Shown: positions 10,725 to 20,834, counted from the first letter of the stretch. The stretch: DNA of 64,000 nt from an uncultured Nitrososphaerota archaeon (GCA_964408285.1 CAYOYV010000004.1:1-64000); one strand, 5' to 3'. Notes: a model not told the origin generated them from the letters alone. Numbers and translations are program-made.

Positions 10725-10822
10725 CCTACATCACCCTGACTTGAGCGCATACTATACGTTGAATCTCCCTTTTATTATTTCCAGTGGGTGTTTTTCCTGT
10801 TCCACGAGGTCAAAAGACAAAA

Positions 10823-10830
10823 TTTATACA
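10823..10830 (+). promoter_or_regulatory. Probable TATA box (leaderless transcript) for the LLM gene
   Basis: TTTATACA preceded by a purine-rich BRE-like tract, about 23 nt before ATG 10853. Confidence 0.55.
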
Positions 10831-10852
10831 CTTTGAGGCCCAATCGAGCCGG

Positions 10853-11869
10853 ATGGAACGCAGGCCCAAATTCGGAATATATCTTCCTTCCTTCAGCAAG
10901 AAGTATGGCTCTAGGGACTTATACGAATACAACGTGAAAGCAGCAAAACTAGTTGAGGCCTCTGGGATGGACTCCATATGGGCCGTGGATCATCTACATG
11001 CATTCGACACCGTAGAGAAGGTGGAGAAATCGCTCAATATCCTAGAGTCGATGACCTTGCTTTCCGCTCTTGCTGCTTCCACGGATAAAGTGTTGATAGG
11101 CACATCAGTTCTGAGTTCGCCCTTTCGCAATCCTGCCCTTCTAGCCAAGATGGGGGCGACAGTTGACGTGATATCAAATGGAAGACTCGTTCTGGGAATG
11201 GGCGCAGGGTGGAGAAGGGACGAGTTCGAGGGATATGGGTTCCAATGGGAAAGAACTGCCCAAAGACTCGGCAGAACCGCCGAGGCCATAGATATAGTGA
11301 AGAAATTCTGGACTCAGTCTGTCGTAGATCACGAAGGAGAATTCTATAAGATAAGAGGTGGACAACTTTGGCCGAAACCAATCCAAAGGCCGCGACCGAA
11401 GATAGTTTTCGGAGGAGTGGGCTTCAAGGCAATGGAACTGGCGAAACACACGGATGGTTGGGTTGCTCCCCCTCTCAACGCAGATGATCTCAAGCAGAGG
11501 ATCAGCATGTTCAACGAATGGGGAATCAATCCGAACGAGTTTGAAGTCATATACGAGTTCTTCACTTCAGTTGACACAAGTAGGGAGTCCGCGTATGAAA
11601 GGTCAAAGGACTCTTTGGAAAGGTGGTTCGGGGATCCGTTACCAGAAATCTTGGCATATGACACTAGGGTTCAGTTGCCCCATGGAATATCAGTCAGGTA
11701 TGGCGCAATTGTGGGCAGCGTCGAGGATTGCGTCGATGGAGTAGTCAAATTCGCTAAAGCAGGCGTCAATCACTTTGAGCTTCACTTCATGCCGCTTGAG
11801 GACTCCATGGACGGGACAAATCTGTACAGCCAGAAGGTCATCCCGCTTGTGAATGAACAGCTCGAGTGA
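10853..11869 (+). CDS. LLM-class (luciferase-like) flavin/F420-dependent oxidoreductase
   Basis: DSIWAVDH, FRNPALLAKMGATVDVISNGRLVLGMGAGW and PKPIQRPRP. Confidence 0.9.
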   Translation: MERRPKFGIYLPSFSKKYGSRDLYEYNVKAAKLVEASGMDSIWAVDHLHAFDTVEKVEKSLNILESMTLLSALAASTDKVLIGTSVLSSPFRNPALLAKMGATVDVISNGRLVLGMGAGWRRDEFEGYGFQWERTAQRLGRTAEAIDIVKKFWTQSVVDHEGEFYKIRGGQLWPKPIQRPRPKIVFGGVGFKAMELAKHTDGWVAPPLNADDLKQRISMFNEWGINPNEFEVIYEFFTSVDTSRESAYERSKDSLERWFGDPLPEILAYDTRVQLPHGISVRYGAIVGSVEDCVDGVVKFAKAGVNHFELHFMPLEDSMDGTNLYSQKVIPLVNEQLE

Positions 11870-11872
11870 GCC

Positions 11873-12949
11873 TCAGGGTTTGAGCACTATTTTGATTGCT
11901 CTATGCTCTTCTTTCTTGAGGAGCATGTCAAATGCCTCTCTATACTCTTCAAGCTTCATTACATGAGTTATGAATGGCTTCACTCTCACATCGCCTTTCG
12001 CCAACAACGCGACCCCGACAGCGTACTCCCTGTATAGATTGTTTGCAGAGCTGGTCAAACTCCTTTCTCCTGCTATATCGGTGAGTTGAAGGTCAACCTT
12101 AGTAGGGGTCACAGCCAACAGGACAAACCTACCTCCCCTGGAAAGGGCCCTTAAGCCAGCCTTGACGGTCTTCTCACTTCCGACAGTGTCGAACACGACG
12201 TTCGCTCCCAAGCCTCCCGTAATGCTCAATATGCTCTCTGCGATGTCTCCAGCATTCCTTGCGTTTACGACATGATCTGCTCCCAAATCCCTGGCTATCT
12301 CCAGCGGGACTTCCCAGGTATCTACGGCTACGGTCTGTACAGCTCCCCTCGCCTTGGCAACCTGAAGAGACATCAAACCAATTGCCCCGCTCCCGATTAC
12401 TGCCACGACGTCAGCCGGAGACACAGCTGCTCTACCGTTTGCATGAACTGCTACCGCAAGACCGTCCAGCTGAGTCGCCTCTTCGTAAGACACGTTGTCT
12501 GGTATCGGATGAGCCTTGTCGGCCCATATCTGCATATACTCAGCATATCCTCCCGGTGGATACTCAATATCTCTCCATCTCCCATCATGTCCGATGTGCA
12601 ATGTATCTTCACAGAGATTCGGAAGATCATTTCTGCAGTAATAGCATTCCCCGCACCCTCTGAAGGCTATGGCCCCAACTCTCTCTGAAATCCTATGTCT
12701 TCCAACACGAGTACCTTCCTCAATGATATCCCCTGAGACCTCGTGACCCAATATGAAACTCTTAGTCTCCTTCAAATCCTTTCCGAGCGTATGGAGGGAC
12801 CAAGGATTTTCCCCCAAGTAGTATCTTACATCGCTTCCACAGATGCCAACTGCTCTAACCTGAATGATGACTTCGTCCTCTCTTGGTTTTGGCCTAGGTA
12901 CGTCAACCATCTCGAGTTCCATCGGTCTCCTGAGAACCACTGCTCTCAT
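11873..12949 (-). CDS. Zn-dependent dehydrogenase (MDR family)
   Basis: GICGSD, LGHE, CGECYYC..C and GSGAIG. Confidence 0.9.
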   Translation of the reverse strand: MRAVVLRRPMELEMVDVPRPKPREDEVIIQVRAVGICGSDVRYYLGENPWSLHTLGKDLKETKSFILGHEVSGDIIEEGTRVGRHRISERVGAIAFRGCGECYYCRNDLPNLCEDTLHIGHDGRWRDIEYPPGGYAEYMQIWADKAHPIPDNVSYEEATQLDGLAVAVHANGRAAVSPADVVAVIGSGAIGLMSLQVAKARGAVQTVAVDTWEVPLEIARDLGADHVVNARNAGDIAESILSITGGLGANVVFDTVGSEKTVKAGLRALSRGGRFVLLAVTPTKVDLQLTDIAGERSLTSSANNLYREYAVGVALLAKGDVRVKPFITHVMKLEEYREAFDMLLKKEEHRAIKIVLKP

Positions 12950-13009
12950 GATGAATCACATATATCGAACCAAATCGATATAAATTTGCATTTGTCGCAT
13001 TGCTTTGCC

Positions 13010-14152
13010 ATGAAGAAGGAAAGAACCGCGCTAATCCTTGACGAAATGAAGCGCTTGAATCTAGACGCAGTTATATTGAGGAATCCTGAGAACGTTCTCT
13101 TTTCGACAGGATATTGGCCTGTCCTTGGCTGGTCTTGCTTCGTATTGAGGAGAGATGGAGGTTCGAGCATTCTTATCCCTGAGAGCGAATTAGGCTTCCT
13201 AGGTCGCAACTCTGTTGACGAGGTTGAAATTCTGAAAGGTGAAACATTATTCGAGGTGTATGATCCCGCAAGATGTCTGGCGCAGTTCATACGGGAGCTG
13301 GGCATAAAGGGCGGTTCAAGAGTTGGGTGCGAGCTATCGATGGAGAGTTTGGCGGTAACCCACGTGCCGGAACTGTCTTTCACCGGGTATAGGACCTGCC
13401 GGATGCTGAGTGAAGAAACAAAATCAGAATTGGTGGATTTCTCGAATTCCCTACATGAGATGAGAAGAATAAAGAACCAAGGTGAGATAGAAAAGATATG
13501 CACGGCATGCGAAATAGCTGCTCTGGGTCTTGAGAAAGGGTTAGAGGAACTGAGGGAAGGAATGACGGAGGCTGAACTCGCCTCGACAATAGAAAAGGCA
13601 GTGTATTCGAAGGGGCTCGGCTACAAGGGAGTTAGGAGAATCAGGGGGTTTGCCTATGTCATGTCAGGAGTGAATGGTTCTTCTGCCAACCTTCCTTTCG
13701 ATATCTCCTCCCAGAGGAGAATATCCAGAGGAGAATCTATACTCATAGAACTGAATGTTCAGGCTGATGGATTTTGGGCCGACCTAACTAGAACTTGGTT
13801 CATTGGAGCCCCAAGCAATGAACTGAAGAATCGTTACGAAGCCGTCCTAGAAGCAAACGAGCAGGCCACAAGATTCGCTGCTGACGGTGTGGCTGTAAGA
13901 GAAGTGGACAAAGTCGCCAGAGATGTGATATCTTCGAAGGGTCTAGCCGATGAGTTCAACCATAGGCTTGGACATGGGATCGGATTCAGATTACACGAGC
14001 CTCCTGATCTCCATCCCGTTTCAAACGAAGTCCTAAGGGAAAAAATGACATTCACAATTGAGCCAGGAGTCTACGGAAAGTATTATGGCATAAGAGTCGA
14101 AGACGTTGTTCTCGCCACAAGAACGGGTGGATCGAAGCTATCCAGACCGTGA
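13010..14152 (+). CDS. Xaa-Pro peptidase, M24B family
   Basis: ADLTRT, HRLGHGIG..HEPP, FTIEPGVY and GIRVEDVV; start ATG 13010 follows a TATA-like TATAAA. Confidence 0.9.
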   Translation: MKKERTALILDEMKRLNLDAVILRNPENVLFSTGYWPVLGWSCFVLRRDGGSSILIPESELGFLGRNSVDEVEILKGETLFEVYDPARCLAQFIRELGIKGGSRVGCELSMESLAVTHVPELSFTGYRTCRMLSEETKSELVDFSNSLHEMRRIKNQGEIEKICTACEIAALGLEKGLEELREGMTEAELASTIEKAVYSKGLGYKGVRRIRGFAYVMSGVNGSSANLPFDISSQRRISRGESILIELNVQADGFWADLTRTWFIGAPSNELKNRYEAVLEANEQATRFAADGVAVREVDKVARDVISSKGLADEFNHRLGHGIGFRLHEPPDLHPVSNEVLREKMTFTIEPGVYGKYYGIRVEDVVLATRTGGSKLSRP

Positions 14153-14194
14153 TGATATATCCTCGAACTTAATCCTGTCTAGCCCGAGTGTTCA

Positions 14195-15241
14195 TCACCG
14201 GGTCTGTGCAATGCCAAGATGAAGCTTGGTCAGGAATGCCTGATCAACCGTGAGTCCAAGTTCCTTTGCAGCCAATATCACAGCTCCTTCAACTGGCCTG
14301 AGCCTTGGCCTGATGAACTTAACCTTCGACATGGACCCAAGAACCTTTTCCTGAAACGGCGCTATGATGAAAGAGGCGAAATTCTCGAATATTCCTCCCA
14401 TCATTGCCACTTCAATCTCCTGATTCAAGACCCCAAGTTGCCTCGCGACTGCGATGACTGCTATGCCCAATTCCTGGCCTGCACGAAGGATGAGCTGTAA
14501 TGCAGCTTTGTCCCCTTCCTTGGCTGCGTCTAGGACCAGTGGGGCTAGAGCCGCGATTTGATGTCTTTCCATGCCCTTGACATAGACCTTCGTTACAAGA
14601 TCTTCGATCGAGGAAAGACCAAGATGAGCCACAAACCTCCTGGCAAGTGCCGTGGGTTCATCTCTTCCATCGTATGATCTTAGTGCAAGTATCATGCCCT
14701 TGCGCGCTATGTCGTAGGCGCTCCCCTCATCTCCGAGTATTGGACCCCAACCTGTGGACCTGGCGTATCTGCCGGAAGAATTCATACCGTAACAGATGGA
14801 CCCAGTCCCGGCAATGACTACGATCCCCGGCTTCCCCGCAGTAGCTCCGATGAGAGAGATGACTCCATCGTGTACGATTACATTCCTGTGGGATATCTGG
14901 ATCCTCTCAAGCACTTCCTGCATCATCCTTTTTCCCTCGGGATTCCCGGACCCCGCAGCGCCTACGCAAACGATCAGGGCCTTTTCTTGGGAAGTGCGCA
15001 TTCGAATGGCTTCAGCTATGGCCTTCTGAATCGATTCGCTTGCCCTATCTACACCAACGTACAATATGTTGGAGGGGCCCCCTTTACCTTCTCCAAGAAC
15101 GGTCCCATCCAATGCCACTAGGAGGCAATGCGTCTCAGTTCCTCCGCCCTCGATCCCAATCAGGACTCCGCCGCGTTCAGACTCAGACAAGATCCAACGG
15201 AAACTACTGTTGGAGTTTATTTTATTTTCTCTCAATGGCAC
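14195..15241 (-). CDS. BadF/BadG/BcrA/BcrD-family N-acetylhexosamine (GlcNAc/MurNAc) kinase; true start may be TTG ~15190
   Basis: IGIEGGGTET, VIAGTGS, GWGPILGDEGSAY and IAALAP motifs. Confidence 0.85.
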   Translation of the reverse strand: MPLRENKINSNSSFRWILSESERGGVLIGIEGGGTETHCLLVALDGTVLGEGKGGPSNILYVGVDRASESIQKAIAEAIRMRTSQEKALIVCVGAAGSGNPEGKRMMQEVLERIQISHRNVIVHDGVISLIGATAGKPGIVVIAGTGSICYGMNSSGRYARSTGWGPILGDEGSAYDIARKGMILALRSYDGRDEPTALARRFVAHLGLSSIEDLVTKVYVKGMERHQIAALAPLVLDAAKEGDKAALQLILRAGQELGIAVIAVARQLGVLNQEIEVAMMGGIFENFASFIIAPFQEKVLGSMSKVKFIRPRLRPVEGAVILAAKELGLTVDQAFLTKLHLGIAQTR

Positions 15242-15275
15242 GCACCATCCGAGAAAGCTTGGGATAGTTTCGTGA

Positions 15276-16442
15276 CTAAGGATAGAGCAAGTATCGTTTC
15301 CGGTTCGACAGAAATTCCTTCAAATCCCCTTCCCAATCCTTCGCAATTTCCTCAGGGTCACGGTTCTCTACTAATCCTTTCCTTATCTCATCAGTCCCAG
15401 CCAAGAGGTCGAAGCTGTAATCCTTGTCCGTCTTACCTCTTCTGAATTCCATCTTGTCACGAAAAAGATCCATTATGGCCTTGATGAGCGTCAGACCGGT
15501 CAGAACGGTTCTGTAACTGTTTCTATCATATACGTGAAGTTGAACACCTCCGCATACTTCCTTGGCGTATTTCCCGAACATCGGTGTGAAACGAATCGTG
15601 CGGAATGCAACTCCTGGAAGGCCCCATTTGACCATCCTATCGCAAAGCCTGAAGCCGTCTATCCAGGGTGCTCCTATCATTTCAAAGGGCCTAGTCGTTC
15701 CCCTTCCTTCTGAGACGTTTATCCCCTCGATTAGGCAGGTACCCGGGTATACAGTCGCGGTTTGTAAGGTCGGCATATTAGGCGAAGGCGCTACCCAAGG
15801 AAGCCCGGTATCATCGTACCACATGTCCCGCCTCCATCCTTCGGCCCTAATCACACTCAGCTCACAATTGATTCCGAACCACTCATTGAACATCGTCGCT
15901 AGTTCACCCATCGTCATTCCATATCTTATCGGGATCGGTCTTTCGCCAACGAAAGATTGGTAATTCTCTCTCAGGAGATTGCCCTCAACCGTAAGCCCGT
16001 TTATGGGATTTGGCCTGTCTAGCACTATGAATCCAAGATCGAGTTCCGCAGCGGCCTTCATGCACCTGTTCATTGTTGCGATGTAGGTATAGAATCTGGC
16101 GCCTACGTCCTGTATGTCGAATACTAACGCATCAATATCCCTTAGCATGTCCGGGGTGGGCCTATAGTGTTCTCCATACAGACTATAGACTGGCACGCCG
16201 GTCCTGCTGTCGGTGAATGAACCTATTGATGATCCATCTTGAACATCGCCTCTAATCCCGTGCTCTGGTCCGAAAAGGGAGGTAAGTCTTATCTTAGGAT
16301 GGCAGTGAAGCACATCAACAGTCGAACACAAGGAAGAGGTGATTCCAGTGTGGTTTGTGACCAGGCCTATCCTCTTTCCTTCGATGATATCAATCTTGTC
16401 TCTGAGTAATTGATCAATGCCGAACTCAACGGGTCGATTCAT
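15276..16442 (-). CDS. namZ: DUF1343 / NamZ-like exo-beta-N-acetylmuramidase (YbbC family)
   Basis: GLVTNHTG, LFGPEHGIRG, SLYG, FDIQDVGARFYTY, VLDRPNP, RYGMTMGELA, WVAPSPNMPT and SEGRGTTRPFE; start ATG 16442, no signal peptide. Confidence 0.9.
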   Translation of the reverse strand: MNRPVEFGIDQLLRDKIDIIEGKRIGLVTNHTGITSSLCSTVDVLHCHPKIRLTSLFGPEHGIRGDVQDGSSIGSFTDSRTGVPVYSLYGEHYRPTPDMLRDIDALVFDIQDVGARFYTYIATMNRCMKAAAELDLGFIVLDRPNPINGLTVEGNLLRENYQSFVGERPIPIRYGMTMGELATMFNEWFGINCELSVIRAEGWRRDMWYDDTGLPWVAPSPNMPTLQTATVYPGTCLIEGINVSEGRGTTRPFEMIGAPWIDGFRLCDRMVKWGLPGVAFRTIRFTPMFGKYAKEVCGGVQLHVYDRNSYRTVLTGLTLIKAIMDLFRDKMEFRRGKTDKDYSFDLLAGTDEIRKGLVENRDPEEIAKDWEGDLKEFLSNRKRYLLYP

Positions 16443-16573
16443 TAGCTGGTCATCTTTACCAGAGCGTGATGAGGAATTAAGAGTTCGCGCGCACCCCAAA
16501 TCGAGTCATAGTTCATGCTATCTATTCTGTGAATTCGAGAAGGTTGATAAACACAGACACTGGTTTTCGGGCC

Positions 16574-17125
16574 ATGGGAGTGGTCAAGAGAGTAGACTAC
16601 TATTTTGGTGAACCCGGTCCGCAAAACACAGAGACAGTATTTGAAGCTGTGAAGGAGAGACTAGAACATACCGGGGTAAAGACCGTTGTTATTGCAAGCG
16701 ATAGCGGCGAGACTGCAGTCAAGCTATGTGACTCGATCAGGGAGCCAGGTATCAATATCATTGCTATCTCTTGGAAGAAGATGAATCCGGAGAACGTGCA
16801 TAAGCTGAAGGAGAAAGGGGTTGAGGTCGTACAGGAATCCCACACGCCTCTAAGCGGCAAGGACGCGAAAGTTATGGCGTACACATACTACACTTTAGGC
16901 CAAGGGTTCAAGGTTGCGGTGGAACTTGCCATGATAGTTGTAGACATGGAATTGATCAAAGCAGGGCAAGACGTCTTGAGCATAGCAGGAACAGGTAACG
17001 GAGCCGATACGGCAGTCTTGCTAAAGGCATCTTCCACAAAGGACATTATTGGACCTGACACTGCGAATCGGCTTGAGGTAAAGGAAATTGTGGCAATGCC
17101 AAGAGTGAAGAAATGGTGGGACTGA
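16574..17125 (+). CDS. Stand-alone pyruvate kinase C-terminal (PK_C-like) domain protein
   Basis: YFGEPGPQNT, VVIASDSGETA, GQGFKVAVE and IAGTGNGADTA (conserved archaeal family). Confidence 0.8.
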   Translation: MGVVKRVDYYFGEPGPQNTETVFEAVKERLEHTGVKTVVIASDSGETAVKLCDSIREPGINIIAISWKKMNPENVHKLKEKGVEVVQESHTPLSGKDAKVMAYTYYTLGQGFKVAVELAMIVVDMELIKAGQDVLSIAGTGNGADTAVLLKASSTKDIIGPDTANRLEVKEIVAMPRVKKWWD

Positions 17126-17269
17126 ATTCCCAATCCTGACATGCTTGTATGCGAATGCGCTCGCGCGCTATAGTCGATACTGGGCAAAGCGTGGTTAGCA
17201 AGTAATGCGAACTCCTGGACAGGCTTATCGGATTTATATCTCGAAGATGTGACGTTTCGCGCGCGACCA

Positions 17270-18793
17270 ATGTTTGCGAAGGACTTCCTATGGGGGACTT
17301 CGACGGCCGGGTTTCAGTTCGAAATGGGAGACCCAACAAGAAAGAGCTTGGATCCAAACACGGACTGGTTCAAATGGGTACACGATGCCGAGAATATACG
17401 GAAAAGGGTTGTCAGCGGTGATTTTCCAGAAGATGGAATCAACTACTGGGAACTCTACAATTCGGATCACGACCTTGCGAAGGGCCTTGGGATGAATGCC
17501 TTCAGGCTTGGCATTGAGTGGAGCAGGATTTTCCCAGCTTCAACTACAGGCTTCGATGTGGATGTTGAAATAGCCTCTGATGGCGGAGTGGCTCGCGTGG
17601 ATCTTGACCTAAGCGACCTTCAGAAATTGGAATCGCTGGCCAATGTCGAAGCCCTGAAACACTATGAGCTGATAATAGATGACCTCAGGGAAAAAGGACT
17701 GAAGGTCATAGTCTGCCTTAATCATTTCACCTTGCCCCTTTGGATCCACGACCCCATAGCAGCGAGAGACTCAAGACTCAGAAAAGGACCGAGAGGTTGG
17801 TACGACAGGGCTACCGTGGTCGAATTCGCAAAGTATGCTGCATTCTTAGCTTGGAAGCTCGGAGATAGGGTGGACATGTGGGCTACAATCAACGAGCCCA
17901 TGGTGGTCGCAGAGATCGGATACCTTCTCGGAGTCGAAGGCTTTCCGCCTGGGATAAGATATGATCTGAGCGCGTTCAAAAGAGTCGCCAAGAATTTGGC
18001 AACAGCACACTCGAGGGCGTTTGACATGATAAAGAAATTCGATACGCATAGGTCCGATGCTGATAGCCCTCATCCAGCATGGGTCGGCATTATTCACAAC
18101 GTATTCCCTGTCGCCCCAAAAGAAACGTCGAATGAAAAGGATGTTAAGGCAGCCCAATTGCTGGATAGAATGCACAATACCTTTATTGTGGAAGCCGTAA
18201 CATCGGGTTGGCTTGAAGCAGACTTCAATGGAATCAGAGATGACGTCAGGAAATATTTGGGAGATAGGTTGGATTGGCTCGGCGTCAATTATTACACGCG
18301 AATCGTAGTAAGGGGACAATCATCGTTGTTGGCCAGAATCTTCGCGGGCCTGCCGGTGATGCCAGAACTTGTCCCGGGATATGGCTATGCCTGTAAGCGT
18401 AACGACAAATCGCTTGACGGGAGACCCACTTCTGATTTCGGTCAGGAGTTCTATCCGGAGGGTATCGGCGAAATCCTAGTTAATATGTCGAAGTATGGAA
18501 GACCGATGTATGTGACCGAGAATGGAACGGCCGATGATAGGGACGAACTAAGGCCTCGTTATTTGCTGGAGCTTTTGAAAATAATGGAGACTGTCATTGA
18601 AGAGAAGCGGTTGGACGTCAGAGCGTATCTGCATTGGGCACTAACAGACAACTACGAGTGGGCTGAGGGGTTCAGAATGCATTTCGGTCTTTTCAAAGTC
18701 GATCTAGAGACCAAGAGGAGAATTCCAAGAGGGAGTGCCGACATATTTCGAAGAATTGTGGAATCTGGAGGCACCGATGGAATTCAAGTCTGA
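17270..18793 (+). CDS. GH1 beta-glycosidase (archaeal BgaS/LacS-like)
   Basis: GFQFEMG, RLGIEWSRIFP, TINEP (acid/base), VTENG (nucleophile) and DNYEWAEG. Confidence 0.93.
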   Translation: MFAKDFLWGTSTAGFQFEMGDPTRKSLDPNTDWFKWVHDAENIRKRVVSGDFPEDGINYWELYNSDHDLAKGLGMNAFRLGIEWSRIFPASTTGFDVDVEIASDGGVARVDLDLSDLQKLESLANVEALKHYELIIDDLREKGLKVIVCLNHFTLPLWIHDPIAARDSRLRKGPRGWYDRATVVEFAKYAAFLAWKLGDRVDMWATINEPMVVAEIGYLLGVEGFPPGIRYDLSAFKRVAKNLATAHSRAFDMIKKFDTHRSDADSPHPAWVGIIHNVFPVAPKETSNEKDVKAAQLLDRMHNTFIVEAVTSGWLEADFNGIRDDVRKYLGDRLDWLGVNYYTRIVVRGQSSLLARIFAGLPVMPELVPGYGYACKRNDKSLDGRPTSDFGQEFYPEGIGEILVNMSKYGRPMYVTENGTADDRDELRPRYLLELLKIMETVIEEKRLDVRAYLHWALTDNYEWAEGFRMHFGLFKVDLETKRRIPRGSADIFRRIVESGGTDGIQV

Positions 18794-18980
18794 AGGAATG
18801 ATTCGCTGTAATCTGATTTGCTAGCCGATCGGAGGATGAGGGCCAAAAGGAGGAGTAAGTGAGGCATGTTCTGCTATTTTTCACACAATATCGACCTTAA
18901 TGCGAACAAGAGATAGGGACAGAATCATTAGTCGGGGGTCCATTCGTTGAGACGATTAGAACCCGGCGATAGGAGGGATA

Positions 18981-19895
18981 TTACCGGCTCTCGCTTTCCG
19001 TATGGAACAACCTCGGTTCGAGCATACCCTCCTTCATCACTGCGAACTCGAAGTCTTGTGAAGTCGTAGCTGCCCCGAAATTCCCATGTCGATCCAGGGC
19101 CAAGACAGCAATGTTCTCGTATCTCTTTTCGGTTGCGACTATGTCTTTTATCGCCCCCATTGCGGCTTCTTGGGCGTTATTGCCGTCTTGGATTCCCCTT
19201 ACTACCATGCGAGAGACATTATGAATCATGATGTTCTCCCCGGACCCCGTTGCCACTGCGGCTCCGAACTCATTGGCGACTAGACCGGAACCAATTATCG
19301 GAGAATCTCCAATTCTTCCTGGCATCTTGAATGCTATCCCGCTCGTGGAGGTTCCTGCAACCAGACTTCCGTCTTCGCCCAGCGCCACCACGCCAACAGT
19401 GTCATGACTAAAGATGCCCAAGGCCCTGTTCTTCAACCAGAGGTCCAAGGTTCCCTCTTTAGGTTCTAGATTGAGAGCCACATTCAAGCGTTTCTTCAAC
19501 TCCTTCTCCACATCGGGCTGTAACCTAGCCTGCGGCAGACAAAGGCCATAGTACTCTGCCAATCTATTAGCGCCGTCTCCTACGATCATCACATGCGGAG
19601 TTTCCTTCATGACCTTCCTCGCAAGAGAAATGGGATTCTTGACATTGCACACAGCCCCAACAGAGCCAGCCTGCAGAGTTCTTCCATCCATTATCGCTGC
19701 ATCCAGTTCTATGATCCCATCCATGTTTGGGTAGCCTCCCAGTCCGACTGATTTATGCGTCCCGAGAACATCGTTCTCGACTTCTCTCACTGCCTCCTCA
19801 ACCGCGTCTAAAGGATCGCCTCCTGATTTCAGGATAGGCCAACCTGCGGCAATCGCCTTCATCCCAAAAGACCACGTCGCGGCCATTACCTTCAT
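18981..19895 (-). CDS. Ntn-hydrolase, glycosylasparaginase-like (N4-(beta-N-acetylglucosaminyl)-L-asparaginase / isoaspartyl peptidase family)
   Basis: N-terminal ATW, SVGLGGYP, LDAAIMDG, HD|TVG autoprocessing site and GRIGDSPIIGSG; start approximate. Confidence 0.85.
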   Translation of the reverse strand: MKVMAATWSFGMKAIAAGWPILKSGGDPLDAVEEAVREVENDVLGTHKSVGLGGYPNMDGIIELDAAIMDGRTLQAGSVGAVCNVKNPISLARKVMKETPHVMIVGDGANRLAEYYGLCLPQARLQPDVEKELKKRLNVALNLEPKEGTLDLWLKNRALGIFSHDTVGVVALGEDGSLVAGTSTSGIAFKMPGRIGDSPIIGSGLVANEFGAAVATGSGENIMIHNVSRMVVRGIQDGNNAQEAAMGAIKDIVATEKRYENIAVLALDRHGNFGAATTSQDFEFAVMKEGMLEPRLFHTESESR

Positions 19896-20033
19896 TTTAT
19901 GCCTTACAGGCATTTGCTTGCGGATAAAAGAATTCGGAATCGGAATCAATGCGGTTGACCTCAAGTATAAGGTGAAAAGCTCTTTCTGGCAAGCTTCAGA
20001 AAAACCTAAATCGAAACATGATGTCGAATCGAC

Positions 20034-20768
20034 GTGCGTGCGAGTGAGCTATTCCGAAGGTCAAAGACAAGGGACAAGATGAAGACTGTTTTCGACGAAG
20101 GTTACTTTGCGATGAGGACGATCTGGACAAGGAAGGAGGGCGAATTCGTTATCAAGAGGAATCCCAACAAGGAGAAGGCTATTACCGTTTTCAATGGAAC
20201 GACGCGACTTCATTTGATGCCATCAGAAGCTGAATTTGTACTTGATGAGAAAGATGTCTGTTATGTCCCTGTAGGGGAGAAGGTAGAAATCCACGAGGTC
20301 GAAAGAGATTCCTTAGTCATAGTGATCGAAGCCCGTTCTAACTTGGAGACCGCTCCCTATTGCGTGGAATTCGGTGAAGTGAAAGGCGAACTTAGAGGAG
20401 AACTAGGATACAGAAGAATGGTCTACACTGTTCTAGGTGAGGACAAGCCGGCCGGCAGGCTAATCGTGGGTTTCACAGAGGGTTACAATGGAGAATGGAC
20501 TAGCTATCCTCCTCACAAACATGATGACATGTTGGAGGTATATCTCTTCTATGGTCTAGGAGATTATTATGGACTCCAAGTAGTAGAAAGTGGGAATCAT
20601 GTCAAAGCTCTTACAGTGAGAGACTGGGATTCGGTTCTGATCAGGAGAGGCTACCATCCGAATGTGTCTGTTCCGAAGTGCAGTGTAAAATACATGTGGG
20701 CCCTCTACCCGTTCAAGGAGAGAAAATTGAGACCAGAGACTGACCCTAGGTATTCGCAGAGCCAATAG
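20034..20768 (+). CDS. iolB: IolB/KduI-family 5-deoxy-glucuronate isomerase (cupin)
   Basis: GEWTSYPPHKHD, EVYLF and RGYHP motifs. Confidence 0.8.
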   Translation: MRASELFRRSKTRDKMKTVFDEGYFAMRTIWTRKEGEFVIKRNPNKEKAITVFNGTTRLHLMPSEAEFVLDEKDVCYVPVGEKVEIHEVERDSLVIVIEARSNLETAPYCVEFGEVKGELRGELGYRRMVYTVLGEDKPAGRLIVGFTEGYNGEWTSYPPHKHDDMLEVYLFYGLGDYYGLQVVESGNHVKALTVRDWDSVLIRRGYHPNVSVPKCSVKYMWALYPFKERKLRPETDPRYSQSQ

Positions 20769-20834
20769 AGCCGTGCGAGGCCTCCTAGTTTCCCCAGAGC
20801 TCAGCAGATGCCAATTGGCTTCAGCGGTTTACCG

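Noticed and set aside
12743-13009. Long N-terminal extensions in the ORF track (M24 peptidase; likewise SIS, psmB, pfkA, fen, namZ)
   Set aside because: They overlap divergent genes or promoters; family similarity starts at downstream start codons.
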